This document shows positions 48,995 to 59,919 of a stretch of 64,000 nucleotides of DNA, one piece after another. Position 1 is the first letter of the stretch. Each line of letters starts with the position of its first letter. The DNA lies in contig OY761611.1 of NCBI GenBank assembly GCA_963664875.1, positions 2,592,001 through 2,656,000 of the forward strand, read 5' to 3'. The DNA comes from Candidatus Kapaibacterium sp. GTDB lineage: Bacteria > Bacteroidota > Ignavibacteria > Kapaibacteriales > UBA2268. The position numbers and the translations under genes are program-made. The notes below the pieces were generated by a model. That model had not been told where the DNA came from. It saw only the letters and a list, made by a program, of their open reading frames with translations, and made no database searches.

Positions 48995-51142
48995 ATGAAT
49001 TTACTTAGAATTCTAATATTTGTTATTATAACTTCTGTTACAGCTCAAGCCATTGAGTGGCAGGAAGTTGATGTGCCGAAATCTGCTAATATATACTACA
49101 TTACACAAAAAGGAGATGATATCATACTTTGTGGTAATGGTATTAAAGTATCAAATGATGGTGGAAAATCATTTCAATATTCCAATGATATAAATGACAT
49201 GATAGTTGAAGGCGACACTTTAAGTAAAAATTCAATAGCTAATTCAATGGCATACATAAGCGATAAAGGGAACTTCATTGTCATTCCGAGCATCGGCAAT
49301 ATTCTTTATTCAACAAACAAAGGCAAATCATGGGAAGTATCTAATTTAAGCTCTGATTTAAGCTATACCAAATTTTTCCAAGATGAGAACGGACTTTATT
49401 TAGCTCATGAATTTGGATTGTACTGTTCTAAGAATCAAGGTAAAACATGGACAAACGTTTATATGTTAGAACCTTATGGAAGTTATTTTGAATCGTATTA
49501 TTATAAAGATTCTAAAATTTATCTAAGATATTCTGAATATGATTCCTTAGGTCAAAAAGTATATATTTATAATACTGACTCTCAAACAAAGGACAGCTCT
49601 ATTTCGAACTTGTTTGCCGGAAACTTATTCTCAAGCGGAGATACAGTTTTTGCTTATCTAAATGCATATCAAGATTATGATTCATTATTCAAATCAACGA
49701 ATGGTGGAATAACGTGGGAATATTCATTGGACATGGAAAAGAATATTTTTGAACAGCTTGAATCTGAGTCTGATTCGATCGATATACACAAGGTAAAAGC
49801 ATCTAGTGAAGTTATATGGGTTACCTATTCTTCATACAACAATGAAGAAATGGAGTATCCTAAGTATGCTGTTAGCAAAGATAATGGATATCATTTCGCA
49901 GAATATGAGTATGACATAAATCAAAATCCATTTGGAGTTTATACTCAAGTAATTGATAATAAGCTATATGGATGGAATGCAGTTTATAGTATCTACGACA
50001 CACAGACGGATTCATTTATAAATTTAAACTATAGCTTTCCGATTACAAAAAGCTATCGAACTATTGAAAAGAAAGAATGCGCTCTTAGCGTCGGACTTGG
50101 AGGTGAAGCTTTGATTCATTGGGATAAAATTAATAATGCTTGGAAAACGAACCATATCTCTGATATGGGTGAGTATTTGATTTCTATGCAGGGACATATT
50201 TTTAAAAGTGTTTCGAATGAAAATGGCAGAGAATTACAGATAATATACAAAGACCTCCTTGATACTCTCATCCCGGGGCAATTTTTTGTTACTGATATAA
50301 GAACTTTTGAAAATGGAAGTACTCTATTACTTCTGGACATCAAACAGTCTTATAAATATAACGCAATTCTTGTAGATAAAGAAAATGTAATCGCTCTCAA
50401 GGATTCCGTTCATTTTAATTTCGACTATTGTCTTCAAGATAATTCTTACTCTTATATAACTGATGAAGATGATCATCCGGTTATACATAAAGGGAATTTG
50501 GATACAAATACCGAAGACTCTGTAGCTATTACTGAAGTAACAGAATCATATTTATGGATTCGGGAATTTTCTTGCCAAAAAGACAAAAACATATTTAGGA
50601 CTCGTAACAATTTATATACCAGTACTGACGGTGGAAATACAGTACATTCTATAGAGAATAGCAATATTCTTTCTCAGATGAATGAGATCATGGTACATGA
50701 TAATAAATTTTATGCCTTAAGTAATTTGGGTTTCTTCCGCTCGATTGACGGTATTACTTGGGAGAATCTGTTGGCAGACAAATTCGACGGTAATGTAGGC
50801 GTTATAAACTACGAATTCGACCCTGAAGGCTATATCTTTGCCTACACTACTATGGGGACTTTCAAATCTGCAGAACCGGTGTCTGTGGCAGAAGATAATT
50901 CTAACATAGATACTCCTAATATCAGCATAAATATCTATCCAAACCCAAGCTCAGATGTTTTGAGTTTTGACTTCAATGGACAGGTAGATAATGCCGAAGT
51001 TCTTGATTTAAATGGCAAAACTATCAACTGTCCACAATCTTCAAACTCGCTTGATATTAGCAATTTAAGCTCCGGTGCATATTTCTTAAAAGTTACATCA
51101 AATGGCAAAACTTTCTATCGCCAGTTTGTAAAAGCTGAGTAG
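48995..51142 (+). CDS. Secreted BNR/Asp-box protein with canonical T9SS type A CTD (distant fourth paralog)
   Basis: IEWQEV, SNDGGKSF, RSIDGITWENLL, YEFDPEGYIFAYTTMG, IYPNP...GAYFLKV. Confidence 0.82.
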   Translation: MNLLRILIFVIITSVTAQAIEWQEVDVPKSANIYYITQKGDDIILCGNGIKVSNDGGKSFQYSNDINDMIVEGDTLSKNSIANSMAYISDKGNFIVIPSIGNILYSTNKGKSWEVSNLSSDLSYTKFFQDENGLYLAHEFGLYCSKNQGKTWTNVYMLEPYGSYFESYYYKDSKIYLRYSEYDSLGQKVYIYNTDSQTKDSSISNLFAGNLFSSGDTVFAYLNAYQDYDSLFKSTNGGITWEYSLDMEKNIFEQLESESDSIDIHKVKASSEVIWVTYSSYNNEEMEYPKYAVSKDNGYHFAEYEYDINQNPFGVYTQVIDNKLYGWNAVYSIYDTQTDSFINLNYSFPITKSYRTIEKKECALSVGLGGEALIHWDKINNAWKTNHISDMGEYLISMQGHIFKSVSNENGRELQIIYKDLLDTLIPGQFFVTDIRTFENGSTLLLLDIKQSYKYNAILVDKENVIALKDSVHFNFDYCLQDNSYSYITDEDDHPVIHKGNLDTNTEDSVAITEVTESYLWIREFSCQKDKNIFRTRNNLYTSTDGGNTVHSIENSNILSQMNEIMVHDNKFYALSNLGFFRSIDGITWENLLADKFDGNVGVINYEFDPEGYIFAYTTMGTFKSAEPVSVAEDNSNIDTPNISINIYPNPSSDVLSFDFNGQVDNAEVLDLNGKTINCPQSSNSLDISNLSSGAYFLKVTSNGKTFYRQFVKAE

Positions 51143-51255
51143 GGATATTTGATAAAAGAAATGATATATCTAATTCTGAGGCATTTTCTAAAGTTTGGGA
51201 AATGCCTCTGTTAGTTTTTACATTCTTTATCGCAAACTGCCTTGTTTCGGAGAGG

Positions 51256-51900
51256 CTACATTATGCCTTTGGCAATGTCAATGATTATAGGTTTTAGTCC
51301 GCTAAAGAAAAACTCTACGGCAATTACCATAACTATTAACCCCATAAGTCGCATCATTACCTTATTGCCTGTATCTCCAAGCAGTCTTATGATAGTTGAA
51401 GATCCCCATAAAATTAAATATGTAAGCAAGCACACTGCAAATATAACTCCAAATAGCACTGCCTTCATTTCGTAATTAACTGCATCCTGCATCAACACTA
51501 TAGAGTTTGTAATTGCACCTGGACCTGCTATCATCGGTATTGCTAAAGGTGTTACAGAAATGTCGTCAATATACTCACGCACCTCGCTTTTTTGGAGTTT
51601 GACTCTTGTAAGCTGTGCCTGAAGCATATCTTTGCCCATGATGAAGAAAATAATGCCACCGACTATTCGAAAACTGTTTACGGAAATCCCAAAAAGATTG
51701 AACATAAGCTGTCCGCTAAGAGCAAAACCGATTAGCGAAAAAAATGCTACAATTAAGGCTTTCTGAGCTGTCCTGCGTCTCTGTCTGTCCGTAAGACTAG
51801 AAGTCATAGTCATAAAAACAGGCATGACACCTAATGGGTTGATAAGAGTAAAGTAAGAAGTAAAGCTTAAAACAGCAAAAGTAATCGGATCGTTGTGCAT
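51256..51900 (-). CDS. MarC family inner-membrane protein
   Basis: INPLG, FRIVGGI, PLAIPMIAGPGAI, RLMGLI. Confidence 0.92.
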   Translation of the reverse strand: MHNDPITFAVLSFTSYFTLINPLGVMPVFMTMTSSLTDRQRRRTAQKALIVAFFSLIGFALSGQLMFNLFGISVNSFRIVGGIIFFIMGKDMLQAQLTRVKLQKSEVREYIDDISVTPLAIPMIAGPGAITNSIVLMQDAVNYEMKAVLFGVIFAVCLLTYLILWGSSTIIRLLGDTGNKVMMRLMGLIVMVIAVEFFFSGLKPIIIDIAKGIM

Positions 51901-52005
51901 TTTTTCTGCCTTATGATAAACTGCTTTTTGAAACGGATACAAATAAAATACAAATAGATGTCTTTTTAAGCATAAGATTTTATAATGTCAGAGATTTAAT
52001 CTTTA

Positions 52006-53064
52006 TTATATTCCGAGATATTGTCTGACAACTGTCTTTATGCCGTCCACTAATTCGATTTTATGAGTCCATCCGAGCAGCTTTGCTTTGCTTACATCTA
52101 ATAGCTTTCTTGGTGTACCGTCCGGTTTCGATTTGTCAAAAAGTATGTCTCCATCGTATCCGATAATATTTTTTATAAGATAGGCAAGGTCTCTGATAGT
52201 AATTTCTTTTCCTGAGCCAATGTTAACAAAATCTCTGATTGAGCTGAAAGAATGATTTTCCATAAAATATATCGCAGCATCTGCAAGGTCGTCGGTATGC
52301 AAAAATTCTCGCAATGCTTTGCCCGTACCCCAAAGAGTAAGAGTGCTGTCTGTAATTCCAATATCTGACAGTATTCTATTAATCGATTGTTCTTGCTCCT
52401 TAGCTGAGCTGATTTCAAATCCCGGAGTATTTTTTTTAAAGTCAGAAATTATGGAGCTGTATTGCCCCTCCATCAGCCATTTGGCAAGAAGCATCTTTCT
52501 AATGATTGCAGGCAAAACGTGCGAAGTCTCCAAGTTATAATTATCGCCTGTGCCATAAAGATTAGTAGGCATTAGCGAAATAAAGTCCGTGCCGTACTGG
52601 AAGTTATAAGATTTGCAAAGTTCAATGGCTGCTATTTTGGCAATTGCATAAGGTTGGTTAGTAGGTTCCAAATCACTGGTCAATAAATACTCCTCTTTGA
52701 TGGGCTGAGGAGCAAATTTCGGATAAATACAAGAGGAGCCAAGATTGAGCACTTTTTTTACTTTGTAAAGATAAGATGCATGTATAAGATTAGCCGCTAT
52801 CATAAGATTATCATATATAAAATCAGCTTTATACGTTTTATTTGCCATGATGCCACCAACTTTAGCAGCTGCAATAAATACATAATCCGGCTTTTGATCT
52901 TCGAAGAACCTATGCACCTCGCTTTGATTCCTCAAATCACAGATATCTTTTCCGACAGTTATAATGTTGTCATAGCCCGCAGTTTCTAATTTTCGGACAA
53001 TAGCTGAACCAACCATCCCTCTGTCGCCTGCGACAAATATTCTTGCATTTTTATCAGATTTCAT
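52006..53064 (-). CDS. fcl: GDP-L-fucose synthase
   Basis: [43 protein letters not shown]. Confidence 0.95.
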   Translation of the reverse strand: MKSDKNARIFVAGDRGMVGSAIVRKLETAGYDNIITVGKDICDLRNQSEVHRFFEDQKPDYVFIAAAKVGGIMANKTYKADFIYDNLMIAANLIHASYLYKVKKVLNLGSSCIYPKFAPQPIKEEYLLTSDLEPTNQPYAIAKIAAIELCKSYNFQYGTDFISLMPTNLYGTGDNYNLETSHVLPAIIRKMLLAKWLMEGQYSSIISDFKKNTPGFEISSAKEQEQSINRILSDIGITDSTLTLWGTGKALREFLHTDDLADAAIYFMENHSFSSIRDFVNIGSGKEITIRDLAYLIKNIIGYDGDILFDKSKPDGTPRKLLDVSKAKLLGWTHKIELVDGIKTVVRQYLGI

Positions 53065-54202
53065 TTTGTATATTCATAAGATTGTTAAACTCGTGTTTTG
53101 TCCAACCAAATCCTTTTGCAATTATTGACTTAGTGCCTGTAAAAGGTGGTTTGATTCCTGCTTGTATCATATCATAATCCAACATATTACCTACAAGCTC
53201 AGCAAATGAAACTTTAGGATTCCAACTAAGTGCTTGCCTTGCTTTAGAATTATCAGCAAGAAGGAAATCTACTTCAGTTGGTCTGAAATATTTAGGATCT
53301 ATTTCGATAACAATCTGACCTTTTTTCAAAATAGAACTGTATTTACCTGGATTGTTTATTATACCTTTTTCTTCAATTCCTTTGCCCTGCCATTCGATTT
53401 CGATTCCTGTGTAGGCAAAGGCAGCGACAATAAAATCTTTCACTGAGTGACTTTCGCCCATTCCTATAACAAAGTCATCAGCTTTTTCCATGTTTAAAAT
53501 CTGCCACATTAGCTCGACATACTCCGGTGCAAATCCCCAGTCTCGTTTAGCTTCAAGATTGCCGAGATAAAGTGTTTTCTGCTTGCCTGCAAGTATATGT
53601 GCTATAGCTCTACTTATTTTCCTTGTTACAAAAGTCTCTCCTCTGCGAGGACTTTCGTGATTAAATAAAATGCCGTTTGATGCAAAAATGCCATAAGCTT
53701 CGCGGTAGTTTTTAGTCATCCAATAAGAATATAATTTCGCTATTGCATAAGGGCTTTGAGGTTCAAATGCAGTAAGCTCCGATTGCGGGGGTTTAGCAGC
53801 TCCGAACAACTCGGAAGTAGATGCCTGATAGAACCTTATGTCCTTATTGCTTCTTCGAATAGCTTCGAGTATTCTTGTGGTTCCGAGTCCTGTGATGTCT
53901 CCGGTGTATTCAGGCATATCGAAAGACACACGCACATGCGACTGAGCTCCCAGATGGTATATTTCGTCAGGAGTGATGGTATAAATCAATTCAGTTATAA
54001 TCCCCGGATCCGATAAATCACCATAGTGAAGTTTTAACTTTGGATTATTGTGCGGGTCTTCGTAAATATGATCTATTCTATGAGTATTGAAAGTACTTGC
54101 TCGCCTGATTATTCCATGTACCTCGTAGCCTTTCGCCAGTAAAAACTCAGCAAGATATGAACCATCCTGCCCGGTTATACCTGTAATTAGAGCCTTTTTC
54201 AC
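53054..54202 (-). CDS. gmd: GDP-mannose 4,6-dehydratase
   Basis: [45 protein letters not shown] start. Confidence 0.97.
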   Translation of the reverse strand: MKKALITGITGQDGSYLAEFLLAKGYEVHGIIRRASTFNTHRIDHIYEDPHNNPKLKLHYGDLSDPGIITELIYTITPDEIYHLGAQSHVRVSFDMPEYTGDITGLGTTRILEAIRRSNKDIRFYQASTSELFGAAKPPQSELTAFEPQSPYAIAKLYSYWMTKNYREAYGIFASNGILFNHESPRRGETFVTRKISRAIAHILAGKQKTLYLGNLEAKRDWGFAPEYVELMWQILNMEKADDFVIGMGESHSVKDFIVAAFAYTGIEIEWQGKGIEEKGIINNPGKYSSILKKGQIVIEIDPKYFRPTEVDFLLADNSKARQALSWNPKVSFAELVGNMLDYDMIQAGIKPPFTGTKSIIAKGFGWTKHEFNNLMNIQNEI

Positions 54203-54819
54203 AGTACGCCTCCTGTAAGCTCATTAATGAAATATGGAAGAGAGCCCGGTTCTAGGATAATGGTTAGAACAACTCCTGCAATAGCCCCCCAATAGTGAGC
54301 ATCGTGATTGATCATGTCGTTAGAATTTTTTGCAGCCCAGCGACAATACCACAAATACCCAAAAGCAAAAATGATAGCGGGTATAGGTACTATAAAAAAT
54401 ATGTTGATAAGATTCCACGGACGGAAAAGAATGAAAGAAAACAAAATTGCGGAGATTGCACCGGATGCTCCGACAGCTCGGTAGTCATAGTTGTTTTTAT
54501 GCTTCATAGTTGTAGAAACATTAGCAATTACAACTGAGGCTATATAAATGATAAAGAGATTCAGTGAACCCAAAAAATATGCTTCCAAAAAAGGTGCAAA
54601 GAAAAACAAAGTCAGCATATTAAAAAGCAGGTGCATATGGTCAGCATGCAAGAAGCCACTTGTGAGCATTCTATACCATTCATTGTTACGGGTAACACTC
54701 ATTGGATGCAAGAGCCATTTATAGTATAAGTTGTGATTTTTGTGCATTGCATATAAGCTAATGGCTACTGTGATAAACAGCAGGCTAAAAGACACAGGAG
54801 CCTGGAAAAAATTGAGCAT
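54199..54819 (-). CDS. Rhomboid family intramembrane serine protease
   Basis: [29 protein letters not shown]. Confidence 0.93.
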   Translation of the reverse strand: MLNFFQAPVSFSLLFITVAISLYAMHKNHNLYYKWLLHPMSVTRNNEWYRMLTSGFLHADHMHLLFNMLTLFFFAPFLEAYFLGSLNLFIIYIASVVIANVSTTMKHKNNYDYRAVGASGAISAILFSFILFRPWNLINIFFIVPIPAIIFAFGYLWYCRWAAKNSNDMINHDAHYWGAIAGVVLTIILEPGSLPYFINELTGGVL

Positions 54820-55289
54820 TTTATTTCCTCTTCTTAATTGGTTTGATTAGATTGATGATTGCTACATATAGCCGTTCAATTATGAAATTCAATCAAAAAC
54901 AGTAACGAATATACCAACAAAAAAAGTATCATTTATTTTGAATGTAAATGAATAGTTGTATCGGAATACTTCGAGGCTGCAATCACAGCTCTACCCAAAA
55001 ACTCTTAATTTGTTGCTAAATAGAATATAGTTAAAAATTTAAAAGTAGTCAAATAATGTTTATCCCTAATGCCGACAAGCTCTAACAGGTCGATTATTAA
55101 AATGGATTTACAAAAAGGCGAATCGAGATGTTTTCAGTCTCATATCTTCGTTAAGTATTAACATTAGTATTAAAATATCTTTAAATTTAGTAATAGTTTG
55201 GTGGATTGCCTACAATATTCTAATTTAAAGACTTAGAGCAATGAGATTTTGAATGATTATATTAAATATATTTGGATTGGGAGTCAAAA

Positions 55290-56477
55290 ATGCACGACGT
55301 AAGAAACGCCAAAGTCTTTACTCAATGTGTTCACGCAGGTACTAAACAAACACCTGAAGGTGCAGTAGTAACACCTATTTATCAGACATCAACTTTTCGT
55401 TTTCAAAATGCAGACCACGGAGCTCGCTTGTTTAAAGGCGAAGAAGAAGGTTATATCTATACAAGAATGAGAAACCCGACTGTTGAAGCTATGGAAGATG
55501 CAGTTGCTATCCTCGAAGGCGGCTACAAAGCATTAGGAGTAGCTACAGGTATGGCAGCTTCGCACACTATCTTCTCTGCAGTGCTTAAGGCAGGCGACCA
55601 TGTAGTATGTAGCAATGCTGTTTATGGACCGACTTCTACATTGCTTTTGAATATTTTCTCAAAATTTGGTGTAGAAACAACTTTCGTAAATACTACAGAG
55701 TTAGATGAAGTAAAATCTGCTATGAAAGACAATACAGTATTGGTTTTCGTAGAAACTCCTGCAAATCCGACCATGTGCATTTCTGATCTTGCTGCAATTG
55801 CAGATATTGCTCACGCTCAAGGTGCTAAACTTGCAGTAGATAACACTTTCATGAGCCCAATAATGCAGTCTCCTTTTGAATTAGGTGCTGACTACATTAT
55901 GCACTCAATGACAAAATCTTTGAATGGTCACGCTGACGTAGTTGCAGGTGTTGTTATCGTTAAAAACGAAGAAGACTATGCTCACTTCAGAAAAACATTA
56001 AACCACACAGGCGGAACTATCGATCCTTTCAATGCTTTCTTGGTACACAGAGGTATCAAAACATTGAAATTGAGAGTAGAAAAGCAAGCTGAAAACGCTC
56101 AGAAAGTTGCTGAATTTTTAGAAAATCATCCAAAAGTTGCTTGGGTAAGATACCCTGGTTTGCCTTCTCATAAGCAGCACGAATTAGCTAAAAAGCAAAT
56201 GAAGGGCTTTGGTTGCCTTATGTCATTTGAACTTAAAGGCGGCTTGGAAGCAGGCAAAACAATGATGGATAACGTAGATATCTATCAGTTAGCAGTTTCT
56301 TTGGGCGGTATCGAATCATTGATTCAACATCCTGCATCAATGACTCACGCCGGAATGACTAAAGAAAACAGAGAAAAGGCACACATCACAGATGGCTTGG
56401 TAAGAATTTCCTGCGGTTTGGAAGATGTGGAAGATCAAATTGAAGGCTTGAAAAAAGGCTTGGACATGATTAAGTAA
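55290..56477 (+). CDS. megL: Methionine gamma-lyase (Cys/Met metabolism PLP enzyme)
   Basis: PIYQTSTF, YIYTR..NPT, ETPANP, HSMTKSLNGHADV, AVSLG..SLIQHPASMTH. Confidence 0.8.
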   Translation: MHDVRNAKVFTQCVHAGTKQTPEGAVVTPIYQTSTFRFQNADHGARLFKGEEEGYIYTRMRNPTVEAMEDAVAILEGGYKALGVATGMAASHTIFSAVLKAGDHVVCSNAVYGPTSTLLLNIFSKFGVETTFVNTTELDEVKSAMKDNTVLVFVETPANPTMCISDLAAIADIAHAQGAKLAVDNTFMSPIMQSPFELGADYIMHSMTKSLNGHADVVAGVVIVKNEEDYAHFRKTLNHTGGTIDPFNAFLVHRGIKTLKLRVEKQAENAQKVAEFLENHPKVAWVRYPGLPSHKQHELAKKQMKGFGCLMSFELKGGLEAGKTMMDNVDIYQLAVSLGGIESLIQHPASMTHAGMTKENREKAHITDGLVRISCGLEDVEDQIEGLKKGLDMIK

Positions 56478-56501
56478 GCTTATCATAATCTTATTTATAC
56501 A

Positions 56502-56590
56502 AAAGCTGCCCTTGATGACAAGTGCAGCTTTTTTTATGGCTTTCCCGACTAAAAAAAGCGGAGGTATCGATGAAATACTTCCGCTTTTTA
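56502..56590. terminator. Two adjacent terminator hairpins between convergent genes
   Basis: AAAGCTGC..GCAGCTTT plus T run; AAAAAGCGGAGGTAT..ATACTTCCGCTTTTT. Confidence 0.75.
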
Positions 56591-56609
56591 AGATAAATCA
56601 AAAAGTTGA

Positions 56610-57800
56610 TTAAATCAAGCCGAGCTCAGTTCCAACTTTTTTGAAGACTTCGAGCATTTTGTCAAGATGATGTCTTTCGTGAGACGCCATGTAACTTGTA
56701 CGCATCATGCTCATGTGTGGTGGAACTCCCGGAGGAATAAATGCGTTAACAAAAACGCCGTTATCAAAGAGTTTACGCCACATCATAAATGCTATATCTA
56801 CTTCACCCACAATTACGGGCACGATACCTGTCTGACCGCCGAGGACTTTGAAACCTAAACCGCCTAACTCTTTTCGCATATATTCAGCATTATTTACCAA
56901 TTGGTTTACAAGCTCAGGGTGCTCTTCTAAAATATCAAGTGCTGCTAATGTAGCTGCACATGATGCAGGAGTTGGGCTCGCACTAAAAATGATAGCTGGA
57001 GAAGTATGCTTAAGGAAGTTAATCACTCTTTCCGGACCGGCAACATAGCCACCCAATGAAGCAAACGTTTTAGAGAAAGTACCCATAGTCATATCTGTCT
57101 CTGTCACCAAATCGTAATGGCTTGGAGTACCTCTGCCACCTTTACCAATCACGCCAACAGAGTGTGCATCGTCTATTAGCACTCTTGCTCCGTATTTATG
57201 CGCTACTTTTAGCAAGTCGGGAAGGTTTACTATTTCGCCTGTAACAGAAAAGACACCGTCGGAAACTATAAATTTGCCGGCATCTTCAGGCAATTTAGAA
57301 ATTACTCTTTCCAAATCTTCCATGTCATTGTGTTTGTATCTCACAAATTCTGTGAAGGCACCTTTTGCCATCATAGCACCGCTCACTATACATGCATGAT
57401 TTTCTTTGTCAGAGATAATATAATCACCACGTTGAGCAATCGTAGAAATAACACCCAGAGCAGTCTGATAGCCTGTGCTATAAAGCAATACAGCTTCTAC
57501 TCCGAGAAATTTCGCAAGTCTTTCTTCCAATTCGATGTGCAAATCTAAAGTACCAGTCAGGTAGCGTGAACCTGAACAGCCTGTACCGTATTTTTCAACA
57601 GCACGGTTTGCAGCATCTTTTACTTTAGGATGAGCAGTAAGACCAAGATAATTGTTCGAACCACCCATTATAATTTTTTTACCACCAATCGTTACTTCCG
57701 GTCCTTCATTTTCCTGAATAGGATGGAAATATGGGTAGAGCCCAGATTTTTTTACTTCGTCGGCACGTGTGAAGTCATAACACTTTTGGAATACGTCCAC
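56610..57800 (-). CDS. Alpha-oxoamine synthase, most like Bacteroidota serine palmitoyltransferase
   Basis: [52 protein letters not shown]. Confidence 0.8.
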   Translation of the reverse strand: MDVFQKCYDFTRADEVKKSGLYPYFHPIQENEGPEVTIGGKKIIMGGSNNYLGLTAHPKVKDAANRAVEKYGTGCSGSRYLTGTLDLHIELEERLAKFLGVEAVLLYSTGYQTALGVISTIAQRGDYIISDKENHACIVSGAMMAKGAFTEFVRYKHNDMEDLERVISKLPEDAGKFIVSDGVFSVTGEIVNLPDLLKVAHKYGARVLIDDAHSVGVIGKGGRGTPSHYDLVTETDMTMGTFSKTFASLGGYVAGPERVINFLKHTSPAIIFSASPTPASCAATLAALDILEEHPELVNQLVNNAEYMRKELGGLGFKVLGGQTGIVPVIVGEVDIAFMMWRKLFDNGVFVNAFIPPGVPPHMSMMRTSYMASHERHHLDKMLEVFKKVGTELGLI

Positions 57801-58034
57801 TAATCACCCCATATATTGTCAATTTAAAATAAATTTCTTGTGTAGATTGCCAAAGGATACAAAGATAAAATACAAAGTATTAATAAAAAACAAAAATTAT
57901 TCTCACAAAAGCGTTTTTTAGGTACGCTTTTGGATATAGTTCAAATACTATCGACAAAATTCTTTCGTTAAGTATTTAGATAGAATGATAGATACGAAAT
58001 AAATTGCTTTCTGTTGCAAAAGGGGAATTAGGGT

Positions 58035-59846
58035 ATGCAGAGGCTATTATTATCATTGTGGCTAATTTTGTTTCTTAGCCTTGATCTTTATTCGTCACAA
58101 GTGGATAAATATTTTCTTTTGGAAGATGTAACTGAAGAAAATATTGACGATTTTTACGCTTTTATCGAAGCAAAGGCACCTCATGAAGATGCTTTTGTTG
58201 CTCTTCAGCGTATTGCAGGACCGTACATAAAGGCGAAAGACTGGAAGTCTGCAATAGACATTTTTGAGGAATACAAATCCAAATTTCCTCAGAAAGTTGA
58301 AGCAATTAATGAGATAATTTCAATATTAAAGGCTGAGACTGAAGGTCTGACAGAAAAAAATCTGGGTGAAGTAATCAATACTTCTGCCTCAGAGTACACG
58401 CCTATACTCAGAGCTGATATGTCCCAAATTTACTTCTCCTCTTTTAACCGAGGTACGAATGAGAAGCATGAAGATATTTATGTGGCGGACTATTCAGAAT
58501 CTGAGGGCTGGCATTCTGTACGTAAGTTAAAAGGCAAAATAAATACTCCGAGAAATGAAGCGGCTCAATCCTTGACAGTAGATAGCAGAAGAATGTATGT
58601 TTATGGCAACTTCGAAGATGCCCTCGGTAGAGGAGATTTGTATGAGTTCACTTGGGATGACAGCATTTGGACTAACAGACGCCACTTGCCATCTCCAATC
58701 AATACACAACTCTACGAAGGCGACGCAAATATTTCTACTAACGGAGATGTGCTCTTTTTTGTGTCAGAGCGTCCAGGAGGCGTAGGACTGACTCAATGGG
58801 TACAGGGAGAGCCGTTCCATGGCTCAACTTTTGGCAACACAGATATTTACATCTCTATAAAATCAGATACCGGTTGGAGTAAACCAATCAATCTGGGAAA
58901 AACAATAAATACACCCTATGCGGAAAGAAAACCACAACTGCATGCAGACGGAAAAACTCTTTATTTCTGTAGTGACGGACACCCCGGACTTGGCAGATTG
59001 GACATATTTATGTCAAAACGACTAAGGGATGATTCGTGGACAGAATGGAGCAAACCGGTAAATTTGGGAAAAGAATTGAATGGCCCGGGTCGAGATTGGG
59101 GTATGTATGTAACTCCAAAAGGAGATGAAGCATACTTTTCAGCGAGCGATAAATCCGTCAATTACGGCTTATCTGATATTTACAGTATCCAGCTACCGAT
59201 GTTTGCCCGACCGGAACCTGTGGTTGCTATACAAGGGAAAGTTATAGACCAGGAAGGTAATCCGCTTCAAGCTGAAATTATATGGGAAGATCTTGCTCAA
59301 AATCGAGAAATCAGCAAGATACAAAGTAGCTCAAAAGACGGCTCATTTTTCTTCATTTTGCCTACCGGTAAAATTTATGGGTATCATGCAGAAAAAGATG
59401 GTTACTATCCTATTTCTAAGAATCTGGATTTGAGTAAGACAAACAAGTATATAAAAATATCAGAGACTCTTACCATGGTGAATATTGATGATTTGCTTCA
59501 TGGTAGTGTCAGAATCAATAATATATTTTTTGAATACGACAAAGCTATACTAAAGCCGGAGTCTTTTCCTGAATTGAACAGGTTGGTCAAAATGCTGAAA
59601 GGAATTCCGGGTATCAAAGTTGAAATTAATGGGCACACCGATAACATTGGTTCGGCAGATTACAATATTGAATTATCCGAAAAACGGGCATTATCTGTTA
59701 TCAATTATCTTAAAGAAAATGGTTTGCAGGATATAGAATTCATAGCAAAGGGATATGGGAAAACTATTCCGGTTGCAACAAATGATACTGATGAAGGCAG
59801 AGCTTTAAATAGGAGGGTAGAATTTAGAATAATCAAACAAGAATAG
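58035..59846 (+). CDS. OmpA-family protein with TPR-like, PD40 propeller, carboxypeptidase-regulatory-like and OmpA_C domains (PorE-like)
   Basis: NLG..INT repeats, DGKTLYF.SDGHPG.G..DIF, GHTD, LSEKRA, NRRVEF. Confidence 0.9.
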   Translation: MQRLLLSLWLILFLSLDLYSSQVDKYFLLEDVTEENIDDFYAFIEAKAPHEDAFVALQRIAGPYIKAKDWKSAIDIFEEYKSKFPQKVEAINEIISILKAETEGLTEKNLGEVINTSASEYTPILRADMSQIYFSSFNRGTNEKHEDIYVADYSESEGWHSVRKLKGKINTPRNEAAQSLTVDSRRMYVYGNFEDALGRGDLYEFTWDDSIWTNRRHLPSPINTQLYEGDANISTNGDVLFFVSERPGGVGLTQWVQGEPFHGSTFGNTDIYISIKSDTGWSKPINLGKTINTPYAERKPQLHADGKTLYFCSDGHPGLGRLDIFMSKRLRDDSWTEWSKPVNLGKELNGPGRDWGMYVTPKGDEAYFSASDKSVNYGLSDIYSIQLPMFARPEPVVAIQGKVIDQEGNPLQAEIIWEDLAQNREISKIQSSSKDGSFFFILPTGKIYGYHAEKDGYYPISKNLDLSKTNKYIKISETLTMVNIDDLLHGSVRINNIFFEYDKAILKPESFPELNRLVKMLKGIPGIKVEINGHTDNIGSADYNIELSEKRALSVINYLKENGLQDIEFIAKGYGKTIPVATNDTDEGRALNRRVEFRIIKQE

Positions 59847-59919
59847 CTAAATATTGGTATTGTGTCATAAGCGATATTATCTATATATTGCAGAAAACAA
59901 CTAGAGTAAAAAGCCGGCT

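Noticed and set aside
52330-52490. Roughly 40-aa insertion in Fcl as an intein or novel domain
   Set aside because: Too short, no intein motifs; similar inserts are common in Bacteroidota Fcl.
54820-55289. SAM riboswitch upstream of methionine gamma-lyase
   Set aside because: No recognisable SAM-I or SAM-II consensus; only weak hairpins.
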